Assembly: GCA_002633005.1 (NCBI GenBank)
Contig: NMRA01000279.1
Coordinates: forward strand, 197,233 to 261,232
Direction of reading: 5' to 3'
Length of the DNA: 64,000 bases
From: Phoronis australis
Lineage: Eukaryota > Animalia > Phoronida
This document shows, in pieces, positions 26,741 through 40,672 of the stretch. The number at the start of each line of letters is the position of its first letter. Position 1 is the first letter of the stretch. Both the position numbers and the translations under genes were made by a program. Under the pieces are notes generated by a model that saw only the letters and a list, made by a program, of their open reading frames with translations, was not told the origin of the DNA and made no database searches.

Positions 26741-28598
26741 TTGCTGTCATATCTGAATTAGACCATTGTTGTGCTAAATCACTTTGATTTGGACATATTG
26801 TCCTAATTTTGAGCCTTCATTCAGGACTTCCAAGTTCCAAGCATCCTTCTCGAACTTCAAGGCCGCTCACTTAAGACCTATACATCATAATTAAGCCATC
26901 GCTCTCAAATCTTTCAAAAATGTGTTTGCTGGTAAAATGACATTTTATCAAAATGAACAATGAGTAATAGATTCACGCGTTCACATTAATTTATTTTATG
27001 AATGAAGATTTTGTAGGACCTTAGAAAAACATACACAAATTTGGCTAACTTCGGAATGTCATGTCTCAGAAATGGCTTGTTGGATTTATATATGGAACTT
27101 TCAGATACCTTTTTATGTAATCTTCTCCAAGATGCTCTAAGGAATTGCTTTTAAAATGTACCTTTGTGTAAGAGGGTCAATCAAAAGTATGATTTTATGA
27201 GAAAGAAATCAGACGACTGTACTGAAAACGAAATGATAACGTGTTTATACAGCCATACGTCTTCCCTGTCCATTCGTGCAGCGTCCATCTACCATTCATC
27301 CGGCGTCCAGCGTATCAGTGATTCATTGTAACTGACGATAGTAATTTGTTATAACAGGTTTTTACCTAATTAACACCACATGGGTATCTTTAAGTGCCTC
27401 ATCCTTTCTACACAGTTTCTGCATCACGAACATCGCTTGCGTCATGAGCAACACTTGTACGTTACCTGACTTTCATTAACATTCTGCCCGCACTTTGTGA
27501 ACCAGTTTTATGCCTGATATCCAGTGAAGAAAACTGGTTCTCAAAATGTGGGCACGTCATATCCGACTATTACCCCATTCTAGATTGAAATCTCCACTTT
27601 CATGAAGCCTGGGTAGAAAAAGAGAATTGATGAACTGCAAGGCCCCAGCACTAATATTTGCTCATTTTGACGATCTCCTGGTGTCAGTATGGCATGTTTG
27701 CCTGTATAACAACGATAGATTACACAATAATTAGGAAATGAGATTGCGACTTGTACATTTGATTTGCATGTGACTAAGCAGGACATAAAGTACTCCTGTG
27801 TTGCATTGTGGGTGAGAAATTAAGGCATAGGAACAACCATTTGAGGCATTCCTATCCATAGGCTATTGTCTTTTAGCAATGGAATGCATGAGCACCACTT
27901 TCAATAGCTTAGATATTGTTAGTTAAGACTGAATAACAGCCACAATGTCCAGCCCTGCACCAATGGAAGGAAAATGGTGTTGGGTATTTCAGGACAGGGC
28001 TAGTGGTTCATACAACATGCGATTGTAATTTTGAACCATTGAATTCGTGGTGGTCTGATGCTCAATAGGGATCATATCAGTTGAAGTTTGATTTGCATTG
28101 CAGCACGGGTTCAACCAAACATATTGATTATTGCTAATCGTTGATTTTGTCAAGTCATGATTTCAGTATAGGTTCCTGGTTAAGAAAGTCAGGTCTGGAA
28201 GATCCAGGCTTCAACTTAAGCTCCGAGAGTGGAAGCTATCGTCCATGAATAGAATATTGTCTGTCAATATGTGGAGTTCAGGAGTGCGAATCTGTTGTTT
28301 CGCGGTCAGTTACCGCAATTTTGTGGTTGAAACTTTGTATTTGTTGGTTCAGTCATGGAATTGTTCCCATGCCCTGTGTAGCACAAATCACTGGATCTGT
28401 GTAATCTATTTCTCATTAACGCTATTGCCTTGCAGTGGTAATACAACCTAGCCTATTGGATGTGTAATATGTGCTCAAAATAGGTATGAGCATATTGTCA
28501 CTTATTTTGATATGGTTTATTACCTGTCATTTCCACCTGTGATTAGTTTGCCATGTGTGTCAAGTAGAAAATGATGTGGACTTGTGTTCCTCTTTCAG

Positions 28599-28661
28599 CT
28601 GAGCAGAGTTGCTGTGATGAAGATATCGGGATACTGAGCTGCAGATTGACTTTCTCTTAGG
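28599..28661 (+). other. Candidate 5'-UTR exon of the OSBPL gene
   Basis: Strong acceptor (ttcctctttcag) and donor (gtaggt, or gtaatc 4 nt later). Lies upstream of the ATG exon, which itself begins with an acceptor. Confidence 0.4.
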
Positions 28662-30769
28662 GTAGGTAATCTCTGTCAGATAATCTCTGTGTGTTACAAT
28701 AAAGCAAACATTCATTCAACAGAAGTGTGAAGGAGGCACTGTGCATTTAATTCTCTCTGAGTATACGCAACACTGGACGTGTGGAAAACTTTATGATTAT
28801 AGTGAGAAGTTGTGAAACATTTCACATCAAAAGCGCCACACACGTCTGCAGCAACTGGTATGTTTGGTCCTTTCACTCCCATTGAAAATGAAGTCGGGCT
28901 CAGAAAAAGGGTGACATCAACACAAAATTTGACACTTTCAACCCCAAACCACCACTTCCCTGCCATTGCTCGATAGTTTCTCAAAGCTAATTTATTGCAA
29001 ATTCCAAAAATGTGATACGTAAAATCAGATTTTTTTTACAATTTTGGATTGTTCGAGGGCTAACTGAAGTCGCAGCAGATTACTGTCACTGCACTACGAC
29101 CCAACACGGCTATATGGAGCTGCCATTTCGAAGAGAAGGGAAATCTAGGGCTGATCTAGTAGACTTTTCTGATTCACTATTTATTTGCAAGCACAAGCAA
29201 ACCAAATTCGTTCAACCTAGTATCAGTTGCATACCTCAAAACTCCAGGCAAACTTGACCTACCCATTCATAACAATTCTGTGACCGATTTCGATTACATT
29301 ACCAGGCACTGATGGCAATTGTAAGACATTATCAAATATGAGAAGCGCTGTGGTCAGCGATTTTCAAATGTCACCAATACTCACCACTCTCCAATAAACT
29401 GGTGTCATCTTGTATCTTGATTAAATGAGAGGTGGTTTTTGAGGTTTGGAAGAGCTGTCAAATTATTATCGCCGATACTGAGCTCGAAATTGAAAATTAG
29501 ATTTTACTCTATTTGCTTGGATATTATATGGCTAGTTCCATTACAACCCTATATCTTGTGCTAGAACTTCAAGTCAGGTCGCTGTGCATCCCTTTTCTGT
29601 GATGAAATTAATGGGTATGATATAAAAAATGTTTTATATGTTTGAGAAGATTTCAAGATGAGGATAGGCTTATTAGCTCAGTATTTGAACACAGTGGTCG
29701 ACGGATCATCATCGATGATTAATGGGCTGGTAATTCAGAACCTCACACCTGTCTGAGTTCACACCAAACAGTCCTTTTGAAAACTCTGTCAGGGGTCAAC
29801 ACGACTTGTATTATTTAAGCTGTTCATGACACGTTTTCTGACCTCTTGACTTCTGCTCTGAAATTCAAGGTTTTATCGTGCTAACAGTAAACAAGGGTTC
29901 ATTCACAGCCTCCCAGGTTGCAGTTCAGGTTTTGTGGGACCTTATCAACAAGTCTGTGCTTACGGGCAAGTATCTACAAGACAATTCAAGTCCGTAAAAG
30001 TATATATTTTATAAAAGTAGAAAGCCTATAGACTTCGATTTTCGACTTTACTGATGAACCTGCTACCAATTAGGTATCTTTACCACATCTTCTCATGAAA
30101 ATTGACGTATCGCAAGCTCCGCTCTGTTGCGAAAAATTGACAAACAATAAGTATTACCCGACAACGTGTTGTTTGTTGGGTAAAATGGCGGCTTGGAAAC
30201 AAAGGTGTGTCAAGAATTCTGTGTTGTGATTGGTCAGTTAAGGCGTAACTCAAAATTCTGGCGATAGGTCAGTTCTGTAAAAAGAAGAGTATGTTCATAA
30301 CGAAAGCAGTGCATCAGCAATATGATCAAATTTTGTTTGGTAGAATGTTTAAGATGAAATCTCAAAAAATATACGCTGTTACTATTTTCTAAATTATGCT
30401 TTCGTTTTTTGGTTGTTTAATAAAATCTTGAAATGCCCAATTTTGATAACCTCTCATGCCATAGGAGAACGCTTTAAAAAATTCCTTACAGCGTTACAGA
30501 AAACTGCGTTATAAAGCAAAGTGTATTTAAGTTTCATTTGAACCTTATCAATGATCGCAGATTAGATGTTCCGAAATTTGGCAAATTTGGACGTTGTTTG
30601 TGTCCATGGTGATATTAACCAATGTTGTATATACATTTTTTTGTTGAAACTATGCAAAATAGCCAAGTCGATCATCAAGCATAATTAATGTGCATCTACT
30701 TCATTACAAAAATTTTCTATTTCATATTTCAACTTTTGTAGCCAACAGACATTAAGAAAAATGTCCAAT

Positions 30770-31130
30770 TTTGGCCAACTTCCGCGCATCATGTCTCAGA
30801 AATGGCTTGTCGGATGTACATGAAACTTTCAGGTACTATGATTTACGCATTGTTCTCCAAGTGGCTGCTGGGAATTGTTTTTAAAATGTTCCACTTTTGC
30901 GTGAGGGGCTATAAAAATAGGACTCGTAAGATTTTTACGAAAAAAATTAAAGTTGCATTTAGTGTATTATGAAATGATAATTTAGAAAACTGTAACACTG
31001 TTTTGAGATTTTATCTCGTATATTTATATCTTACGAAATTTGCTCATGTTATTGATACTGTTGTTTTGCTACAAATGTACCTTTCTCGTTTACCAAATTT
31101 AATTAAAATGCATGGTCATGTGACCTAAAT
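30770..31130 (+). repeat. Dispersed repeat (decayed DNA-transposon-like), related copies at ~27040-27245 and ~61600-61950
   Basis: Shared catgtctcagaaatggcttgt..gaaactttcag..ttctccaag..gaattg..ttttaaaatg and ..actgtaaca..tttttgagattt..catggtca segments. Confidence 0.6.
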
Positions 31131-32412
31131 AATGTCAGATGGAAATAAAGTCAAAATCAAATTCTATAAAATTTTTACTTTCAGAAAATATATACTTCGG
31201 CTGCTAGCAGTCTTGTTGATAAGGTCTTCCATAACCTCAGTCCATCCATTTTAACATTCATGAAATATTTTCCAACTTGTGTAATGATTAACCTACTGTA
31301 GTTCTATGAATAACAATGTAAACTGTGTTGAGACATCCCCTGTGTAGATCCTATTTACATGTCTGCCTGCTCATTAACGACACCACCTCAGTGTATTTTT
31401 ACACAACACACTTTCTAATTGGCGCTGTGTAAACATAGATTGACAGAACTATCATTCCAGCATTGGATATGTTCTGTCTAGACTCCAAAGCTATGTACAA
31501 CTCCACTGTACAAGTAGTGGTGAAAGTTATATTGCTGTGTTTGTGAACTTGGAATTCCGCTCAGTCTCAAGACCGCGTATGCGTGAATTTGGAATTAAAA
31601 TATTCATTAAAGTAATCGGGTGAAAGTTTGTGTTCATTGTAAAGAATTTTCTCTAATTATTGGCCCCACGATCACTCATTTTCTCCTTTACTGGAACTTG
31701 TGTCACAGAATCGGAGGAACGTGTGAATGGTTGACCAGATACTGTATGGTGAATAAGGTCGTCGATATTTGAAAAACACGTACTGATTGGTTAAAGTAAT
31801 GGGTAAACATGAAGGTGAAAGATCATATTTTTGTGAAGTTAGGACAGCCATTACGGCCAATGTTCTTCCTCAGACGGAGGCCCACTGCTAACAGTAGATA
31901 TACGCACAATGTACTTATCAATTACGATAAGTAATAATTAATGGTAGACTGTATAGTTTCATTAAAAGTTCATTAGCACTTTGATTAGATTACTTCGTGC
32001 ATTACGCTTCACAGCGGTAGAGAAAAAAGCACTTTTGCCAAATTTTATTCTGGCGCAGGAAATATAGAGAACAGTATGACTGGTGTGACTATTTCTGGAG
32101 TGCATATTACGTACTCAGGGTATAATTTTCACAAAGATACCGTAGTAAAACCCCCGAAGTATATTTTTGGTCATGTTTTCACCACAGTGGCTATTGTATC
32201 CTGGCATATTGAAAAGCTATTTAGATCTGAGCTTAACAGTTACATCCTGACTTCCTTAGTTTCGATTTTATTCTTTAGGTCGGATGTATTGGCAGCTGAC
32301 TTGTATCTCCTCAGACTGTTCCTAGGGGGTCAGCAGATAATCTGGTTTAGCAGGAAAAACAATATTGATAAAAAGTTGCTCAGAACTTCCGGTTGGATTT
32401 CATCTGTTATGA

Positions 32413-32487
32413 GTGTGTGTGTGTTTGTTCGTGTGTGTGTGTTCGTGTGTGTGTGTGTTCGTATGTGTGTGTGTTTGTGTGTGTGTG
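32413..32487. repeat. (TG)n microsatellite
   Basis: Direct observation. Confidence 0.92.
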
Positions 32488-32741
32488 TTTTCAATATCAG
32501 CTCACTCTTGTCTCTGTTTAAGTCAAGACCAGCAAAACAAGTTTTGTTATGGATATCCACCGTTTTTTTATAACTGAGCCACTCTGGATTGTAATAACGT
32601 AGACGAGAAAAAGCACATGCCTGACCACTGGCTAAGACCATCTTTGCGATGACATATTAAAGTAGTAGTAAAACTTAGTTTTGTTTTGAAAAACACATCC
32701 TTCTGAAATCGCATTTTTGCATCAGTTTTTGTTGATAGATT

Positions 32742-32890
32742 ACTCGGTTGTTATACCAATGGTTTACCTTGAAAATTGACAAAAGTTTTCGAAGGCCTTG
32801 GTGTTGATACTGCCTTCTTCAGTACCAAGGCCTTCGGAAATGTCTCCCAGTTTTTAAGGTAAACCATTGGATGTACTATAAGAACTGAGT
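32742..32890. mobile_element. Palindromic ~150-bp MITE-like hairpin
   Basis: ccaatggtttacctt / aaggtaaaccattgg and cgaaggccttggt / accaaggccttcg are nested inverted pairs. Confidence 0.75.
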
Positions 32891-33482
32891 ATTCCAATCA
32901 TACAGACATCCAGATGAGACCTTTTCGGAATTTTTTATAAAATCATAAAAGCACGCCTGCCACATGCAGGTCTTGGCTCCTCCCTCTAGTAACTAAATAA
33001 TGACTGTCCTCATAGACTCTCTATTTTCAAAACAATTCTAATGTGCTGCAATTCTTGTGATGGAGGCCCAATACAAGCTGTCTGTTAATGGAAACTATCA
33101 ATTTGAGTGTACCGACATTGGTGAGTATTAAGCATAGCGACACGTTTAAAAACTGAGGATTATACTACATGTTGAAAAGTTCTTCATACACAGTCAATGA
33201 GAGTTACGCACCAGTTAAGATTTTTGACTGTGGATTTTACAGCCTTTGTCAAGTTGTGAGCGCGTGATGTCATTCTTATAGGCCGTAGAGACATCAGTCA
33301 ATTGTCTCACCTGTCAAATGAACTTTAAGTCTTGTTTCGTGATTTGGGGGTTGTACTGCTATGACAAGGTGGAAGAGAAACATCCCGTAAGTCACTTAGA
33401 ACTGAATATTATATTAACGTTGGGTGGTCATTCCATCCCTCATTTACACAAATAGTAACATGCTTTTTAATTGCTCCAGAAG

Positions 33483-33596
33483 ATGTCGCTAGAATCATCA
33501 ACAGGGACACCCAAATTGAAACAGAGGTCACCGTATGTGGAGAAGAAAAAGGTTGACAAAAAGAAAAATGTGAAATCCTCCGAATTCAGCGACTCG
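33483..33596 (+). CDS. OSBPL6: OSBP-related protein (ORP3/6/7 subfamily), coding exon 1 (MSLESSTGTPKLKQRSPYVEKKKVDKKKNVKSSEFSDS)
   Basis: Acceptor ttgctccag (exon starts 33480), AAG ATG, donor gtaagt. Phase 0 matches the next exon. Confidence 0.75.
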
Positions 33597-34897
33597 GTAA
33601 GTAGTCCGAGAAACATTCTCTAATCTTTCAAACAGAATTAATGACCAATTATTATTTTTGTGTTTTCACAAGATTTACAATATCCCCGCAAATGGTCGAA
33701 ATTCTACTGCATAATTTGAATACGATTGTGCGGTACAAACTGTTACAATAAGAAAACGAGCTTTTCATTAAGTTAAGTTTTCGTTAAGTCAAGTCTAACC
33801 AAGTCTCAATTTTTGTTTGAGAAATTTGAACTAGACTTCGTGTTTTGCCATGTTGTGCTCTAAACTAGGTATAAGTATATCGTACATCATTCACAGCAAG
33901 CCTGGCTGTCCCCGAAGGTATTAGGAACTAGTATTAAATTAATGGTATCAAGAGACTGACAGGTCGGTAGATTTCAAGAACATAGCAGCATGTAGGCTGT
34001 TATTCCAGTGATCAATAGTCCTTATCATGGTAGAAGTTGGGTTAACAATACTGGATTGAAGCAGCCTTGAGGAATTGGAAGGAAGAGTGTTGAATGCATT
34101 CAATTTGGTTGTTCTGCTTTGACAAATGAGATAATTAACTTAGGGTTGATGGTATGGTAATGTGACCTTTGACTCCTGTAATTGACACTGTTAATTGCTT
34201 TAGATCCTATCTTAGTATATAAATGGAAGTGTTATTGAAGTTTTAAAGATAGGGAATGGCTGGCATGGACATGAACCTGATCGGAATTTTTCTCAGTTTG
34301 GGTGGGTGTAGATTTTGATTAGGTTGGATGAGCCAAAAACACGATCTGTATTCTCAACAAAGTTTGAGTGTGAAGTGATATAGGTCTGGAAGTTATTATC
34401 ATCTTTAATATTAGTTTGGAAGCAACTTACCAGCAGCATCCATCTTCATGACGTACACTGAGTCAAAAAAAGACGCAGCTAAACAAAATCATATGCCTGA
34501 GACCTTATCACAAATGTGAACTTTTTCACTGAGCAAAGTTTGTAAATCCAAATCTCATTTTTCCATTTTTTGTTTCGCTACATTATCACCAATTTAGGAT
34601 ACGATATGTCGAAGTTGTAAAATTTTATTTTGTCTTGTTTTAATAAATTATGAGTAGCATCAAAGCAACGCTTTACCATTTTCAAATTCTATTCCATAAA
34701 TAACGGACATTATTTTGAAAAATTTTGATTATTTGCTACAAAGTTAGAAGCTTATGAAATGTAAAAGAGAAATTCAGGCTGTTACGTATGTTTGTCCAAA
34801 ATTGGCGGACATTTCATGCTAAGATTCGCAGTGATGACGTAATTTAGTCTGGTTGTCTAGAATGTCAAATGCGTATTTGCTGTCTATAAAATTACAG

Positions 34898-35098
34898 GAT
34901 GACAGCGATGAAGACTTTGAGCTCTACAACGGAGGTCAGTCGGGTCAGAGTCCTGGGAAGCCAGCAAAAACGAGGAAGTCCAAACACTGGCAGGTTATTG
35001 AGGGGCTCAAATCTGGGCAGAGGTTTGAGGAGAAACCCATACGATTTGGTGGCTACCTGTTAAAGAGGAGGAAATGGCCAATGAAAGGGTGGCATAAG
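34898..35098 (+). CDS. OSBPL6: OSBPL3/6/7-like exon 2, start of PH domain (..WQVIEGLKSGQ..GYLLKRRKWPMKGWHK)
   Basis: GYLLKRRKWPxKGWHK is diagnostic of the ORP3/6/7 PH domain. ag/gt boundaries, 201 nt, phase 0-0. Confidence 0.95.
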
Positions 35099-36621
35099 GT
35101 TAGTGGTTAGTTTGGTTTTAGGCTGGACCGTTACGATAAAATTGACAGCAATCGTCTCGTATAGGGAGAGTTTCGTATTTGCAGAAACGAGTAGTCCTCA
35201 CTTCCAAGTTCGTTCGCTAAAATCGTGATAAACACTTCTTACACGTCTAGGCTTTTGATTATTTTATCTTATCAGTATCAAAACTTCATTTTGTTGTGTA
35301 AGCAAAGGCAAGCAGAGTCAATTAAAAAGTGGAGATTTTCGTCAACCAGGTTCAAAAACAGTATTGCATACATGTAAAATGTGGTTTTTGCCAAGTTTAC
35401 AAACAAAAGTTTGCTTGTGTAGACAGCCTACCAAACATGACTTAACAGTTTGGCAGTTTGCTAGTGTAAACTGGTTGCCAAGCTGACCAAAACATCAGCA
35501 TACTCAGAGATTGGCCGTGTTTGCAAACGAAAGTTTGGTAGAGTTTACCAGACTTTATTCTATTGTCTGGACTTCAGGATTGGTTAGCCTCTCTTGTAAG
35601 ATTCTACACTGTCGCAATCAGGAGTCAGTTCGAAATCATTTTAAGTGACCACTCCAATGTGATACACATAATGTCTATTAAGCTATTATTACAGCTATTG
35701 TTATGCTCATCTTTGCAGTTTGATCATATTTATCTAACAGAGTTGATCTCCAATGAATGCCAAAAATGCATTTCATCTCAATGCATACATTCCAGTTCAG
35801 TTACCCATGACATCCGCTCAATTCCATATAGGGCAAGGAAGGAAACACACCCTTCTGCGAAGCCTGTTGCCAGCACAGTTCCCATCACATACTGTCTCCC
35901 CCACATGGCCCAAGTAACAAAGGCTATGCAGCTCACTAAGACGCAACAAAGACATTAAGCATAAGAATAAATGTACAATTATAGCAACTAAATAAGCATA
36001 ATGGTAAAGGAAGTACAGCTACCAACGTCCCGTCACATACAGAGTGATGTTTAAATTATGCTTGAAGTCAACACAGTTGCCAAATCTCGAGAAACAAAGT
36101 ACATAAAATCAAGAGACAACAGTATTTGTTTATTATCGATTCATGAGTTCTTAAATAAAGTACACATTAATTAGTATTACATAGTTATGATTGAGAACAA
36201 TGGAATTGGTGTTCAGAGGCATCAGTGGGCAGTATGAATAATGAAGATGGAAAAAAACGTTTTCCTGACATATTATTTTATAACTTTTCTCGAAATTTTA
36301 AGAATTTAAAATTTGCAATTCAGAACTGCTTCTACGTATTTTTAACAGAAACGTAGAAAAACGACTGATATTACTAAATTAAACTGTGTTACATATGCAA
36401 TCAAACAAAACCAACAGAACTTAAGTTTAATGGTTGCGTGACGTCAGGCACACATTGTTCAAAATGGCAACGTGACACGTATTGATGTGACGTCACTGTT
36501 GCTATCCTTCGTGGACCTGAGAAAATTTGTTGCAGTTACGTCAATAGTAAATGCAACACATATGAACAAAATATGAACTTCTTTTTATAATACAACAAAA
36601 CTATCACAGAATTTTTTTATG

Positions 36622-36865
36622 TCTGGTCTGCACACCACCTGTTGGCCACATCACGTGCCCTGATGAATGTGAGTCTGAAAAGATTTTTGCCCCCGACCTG
36701 GACTCAAACCCAGGACCTTCTGCTAAATGTGCAGACATCGGGACCACCTGTCAAATGCAGAAATCCAATCGGACGTAGCAGCGGGCATCCCACCCATCAA
36801 CTTCGGAGTGTATGTTGTGTTCAATAGGTCACGTGATGTGGCCAACAGGTGGCGTGCAGACCAGA
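36622..36865. mobile_element. TIR element with ~45-bp inverted ends and an internal B-box-like segment
   Basis: tctggtctgcacaccacctgttggccacatcacgtg / cacgtgatgtggccaacaggtggcgtgcagaccaga. Confidence 0.8.
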
Positions 36866-38873
36866 TTGCGATCTATATTTCTAAGCCAGTGCAAGATTAA
36901 TAAAACTATATTGGAAACCTTTGAGTCAAAAACTGATCCAAAGAATCAAGTGCTTTTCTCCACAAAAACATTGCAAACACTTAATGGCATCGCCACTGGC
37001 CTTGCCTTGAATGCTTGTGAAACTCTTAATATTGGATTTCTAAAATTAGGCTACATATATAGGTAATTACGGCACAAGTTTCATAAAGACAATGAAAGTA
37101 CCAATTTTATTCAATTGATTCTTTGTGCGTTTTATGCGGGTTTTATGATGTTGTTGAAGCAGTTGACAGGTTTTGTACTAGTTGCCATGGCAACCATTGT
37201 TGGAATTTTGAAATAATGCTCTTGGTATTGACATACCAGCCATAAATCATTTGTTTTGCTTATTAATTTATGGAAATCCATTGCATTGGCTGTATGCACC
37301 TTTTATGCTGTTAAAAAGGCCATTTCCTGTTTGTGTAGATGCGTTGTCTTCACAATTACTTTTAGATTTTCAAAAATCAAATTAAAGTGACCTACTGGTT
37401 ATGGTAAATTTTTGATAGAGCTAATAGCGTCTGCTGTAGGTAATTTAAATGCTTCAAAATTTCATTGGCATGTGGCGTGTGCAGCTCAGTGTACTGTTGC
37501 AACTCCAACATGCCTCGTTGTCATGGTAACAGTACAGCTTAACCACTCCCCTAATTTTCTTGGGTCGGTCACTATTGAGCATGGTTTCCTGCTTCGAACA
37601 CGATTGCCATCAAGCTTAAAATTGGTGATCCTGACGGTGAAAATACCCGGTTACCATGGTAACGATACCCAATTTATCTTAGCAACACCCCCTAAGTTTC
37701 AGTAAAGATCCACTGCATGTGCTCTGGGCAAGGTTGCCTATTTCTAACATGAATTTGGTCTTTAACCTGGGTTATGTTCAATAACGCTAAGACTTGGGCT
37801 AGAATCTAACTTAAATCTAGCCAAAGTCACATGATTTCACTTAAAATACACAACAATATCTCACATAGTCTTGCGAGGTCTTGCTTTTTAGTGAGGTCTT
37901 ACTGTTTCTGAAAGGGAGGCTGAAATTGATGATTTTGATGCAAAATACCTGGTTACTATGGCAATGGTGTATGTTTCAGCCAGGCAACCCATCTCTGTGC
38001 TTTAAAGGTGGAGCACTATAAGTGATTTGAGCATGGTCGTCTGCTTCTAATGTCACTTTGCCATCAAACCTAAAATTCCTGATTTTGGCTGGCTGACTCT
38101 GATGAATTTTTTTTTTTGTTGTGGACACATCCTTTTCTAGCCTCTCATAAGTAAAGATTGTGTTTGTTCGTACACATTTTACATTCAGCAAACATAGTGC
38201 GTTGAAACTGTCCTGGTTGAGCTGCTAGTACGACTTTTTTAAAAACGAAGTCACCCAATATCTTATCAAATGATTCGTCATTTGAGTGAAAATGTGATCC
38301 CAAAATATATCCTCTCGTCAAGACAAAAATTACACCAAAACATACTGCGTACGTATTTTAGAACAATCCATCTGGTTTTCAACATTTAATAAAAATTTAC
38401 CTATGGGCATATGTTTGGAAACATTTTCTGAAAATTGGTCCATGGAGGGGCCTATTTTTTTGAAATTCCTGGTGATTGTGATCTGACCAATCAGATGCTG
38501 TAGCAGCCTTAAAGGCTGACCATGGAAGTGAACTGACTATGTCACTTCATCAAGTTGGGTTAGGAACAAGCTAGTCTAACACGAGACAAAAAATCAGAGG
38601 AAAGAAGTTTTTAGTAAATGTACGATAAAACAAATTAATGTAGACCACTTGCTGAGGCATATCAAATAATATGAACCATGGAGGCCTTTGGCTAAGGCGA
38701 GTATTTCTCTCCCTTCGTCCACATAACCTAGTATCGCCGTCAGGATCAGTCAATATTTGTGTAAAGTCAAACCTGAATCGTGACTTAATGTTACACCATG
38801 GTAAAGTCTACCTTATGTACAAGAGACTGTTGTGTCAACTACCAACTCATCAATATCGCTCTTTTATTCACAG

Positions 38874-38927
38874 AGATATGTGGACCTCGAAGGTGGAATA
38901 CTGAAGTATGCCAAGACACCTGGTGAT
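38874..38927 (+). CDS. OSBPL6: OSBPL exon 3, PH domain (RYVDLEGGILKYAKTPGD)
   Basis: ttattcacag / gtaagt, 54 nt, phase 0-0. Continues WHK|RY. Confidence 0.95.
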
Positions 38928-39336
38928 GTAAGTTTTCCATTCAGTGGTAGTTTTTATTATTTTTTTGTCTCTGTTATGCATTATCCATCTCTTTATCTGT
39001 CAAAGTGCTTGAAGAACCATGTTGAAAAGTGACAGGTGTGTTCCTATTGAGCATGCTTCGCACTCCCTAGAGACTGTATTTAGTTGGTATTGGTCCATCT
39101 AGTTGGAGTGTAAAAGTAACGATCCCTTGTATCTGCGCTGTATGACAGTGGTGCCCATGGTGGGCTCATATCAATACTCTGCATTGCTCTTGTCGCACAT
39201 AGTCTTTAGAAAAGTTAAGAATTTGGATTTTTGATTTTATATAAAGTGTTGTGTAATGGACCTTGTTATGTTTGTGGTTCATACATTAATGCCAGCCTTG
39301 AATATGCTTTTGTCCACGGCTCTGTTTCATTTTCAG

Positions 39337-39450
39337 ATTCAGAAAGGCAAGTTTCATGGCACTGTTGATTTGGCTCTGTCTTATCTGGTTTACAAAGAGG
39401 CCAGTCGACGAATAGACTTGGATGCTGAGGATTCGGTTTACCACTTGAAG
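39337..39450 (+). CDS. OSBPL6: OSBPL exon 4, PH domain (IQKGKFHGTVDLALSYLVYKEASRRIDLDAEDSVYHLK)
   Basis: tttcag / gtatgt, 114 nt, phase 0-0. Matches the ORP3/6/7 pattern GKxHGxID...IDLDxExxIYHLK. Confidence 0.95.
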
Positions 39451-40226
39451 GTATGTACAATCTTTGTCCTCTTACTTCAATTACATTTTGGGCTTGGACG
39501 TGGTAACTAGTCCCCATAATGGCTTAGAATTTTGCAGATGGTTGTAGATTAAGTGTGTAATTCACACACACTAGACCTTTTGAAATTGTCATGCAAGGTC
39601 AGTGAAAGTAGTTCTTTGTGAACCCCGCTTATTAGTCATACAACTGTCCCAGTTATCTTGCATAAGCAAACACAGCTTAACAATGGGTTTGTTGACCTAG
39701 CTGAGGAGATAATCGTTTTATTACCTCCTATGGGTTTTGAATAGCCAAGCCCGGAATATATGTGTTGTTTATGTCTTGGTTGTGGCGAGTTTAGGGAAGT
39801 CACTTAAGACTGGCAAAATTACGTGTTTTGCAAGTCCGAGACATTACTCGGGCACACTAGCAAAATGGCTGCCACTCAAATGTAATTGATTGGTGAGTCT
39901 AGAATGTTGAGTTGTAAGATGCCGAAGTAGAGGTGAAACTTTTTGCTCAAAATGTTTCACGAGTGTTTTGAATTTGCTCATTTTTCTTAATGTGGTGAGC
40001 ATTGAATTGATCTGAAGAGATTTTGTGTACCATGTATGTGGCTTCGCAAATCATAATTTATAGATTTTTAACCTTGATCACACTGCTTTTAAGTTTGGGA
40101 AGAAATTTTTCATTACGACTACGAGGAATGGTATTTGAATTGTTCATTCAGCTTGAGTGTGTGAAAACGAACCTTTGTTTTACTGGGAGCGACGAGTAAC
40201 GTTAATTTGAATTTATTGTGCTTAAG

Positions 40227-40362
40227 GCAAAAGGAAATAAGTGGTTTGAAGAATGGATCACCAACTTGAGACGTCATCGACTCTTCAGGCAACATGAGTT
40301 AGAGTACGGGAGTAAAGATGCACCCAGACTAACGGACATCCAGTCTGTCTCACAGGGGGCAG
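40227..40362 (+). CDS. OSBPL6: OSBPL exon 5, end of PH domain (AKGNKWFEEWITNLRRHRLFRQHELEYGSKDAPRLTDIQSVSQGA)
   Basis: cttaag / gtatgt, phase 0-1. FxxWxxxLRxHRLYRQxE-type motif. Confidence 0.92.
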
Positions 40363-40534
40363 GTATGTATGCAACAATATAAGTTCACGAGCTGTTCAAA
40401 TACACTTATTTACATTGCACCAATGAAGAGATCTCCCCCATAAAATGACAATGATTGTGACTTTTCGTATAACGTTAAGTGGAAATCAACCATTTTTGTG
40501 CTGCTTTGAATAAAAGTCCATATTCCTGGCATGC

Positions 40535-40672
40535 GTTCAGTAGCGTTAGGACCTACGCTAGGACCTAGCTAAAATATAGCCAGAATCACGTGTTCTCATT
40601 TCAAATACACGGTAATACCTCATGCAATTTCGGGAAATCTTGGTTTTTAGCGAGGTCCTAGCGTTACTGAAC
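40535..40672. mobile_element. Short MITE-like inverted repeat
   Basis: gttcagtagcgttaggacct / aggtcctagcgttactgaac. Confidence 0.6.

Noticed and set aside
32076-32641. 165-aa and 103-aa overlapping ORFs
   Set aside because: Both are driven by a (TG)n microsatellite and low-complexity intronic sequence, with no domain.
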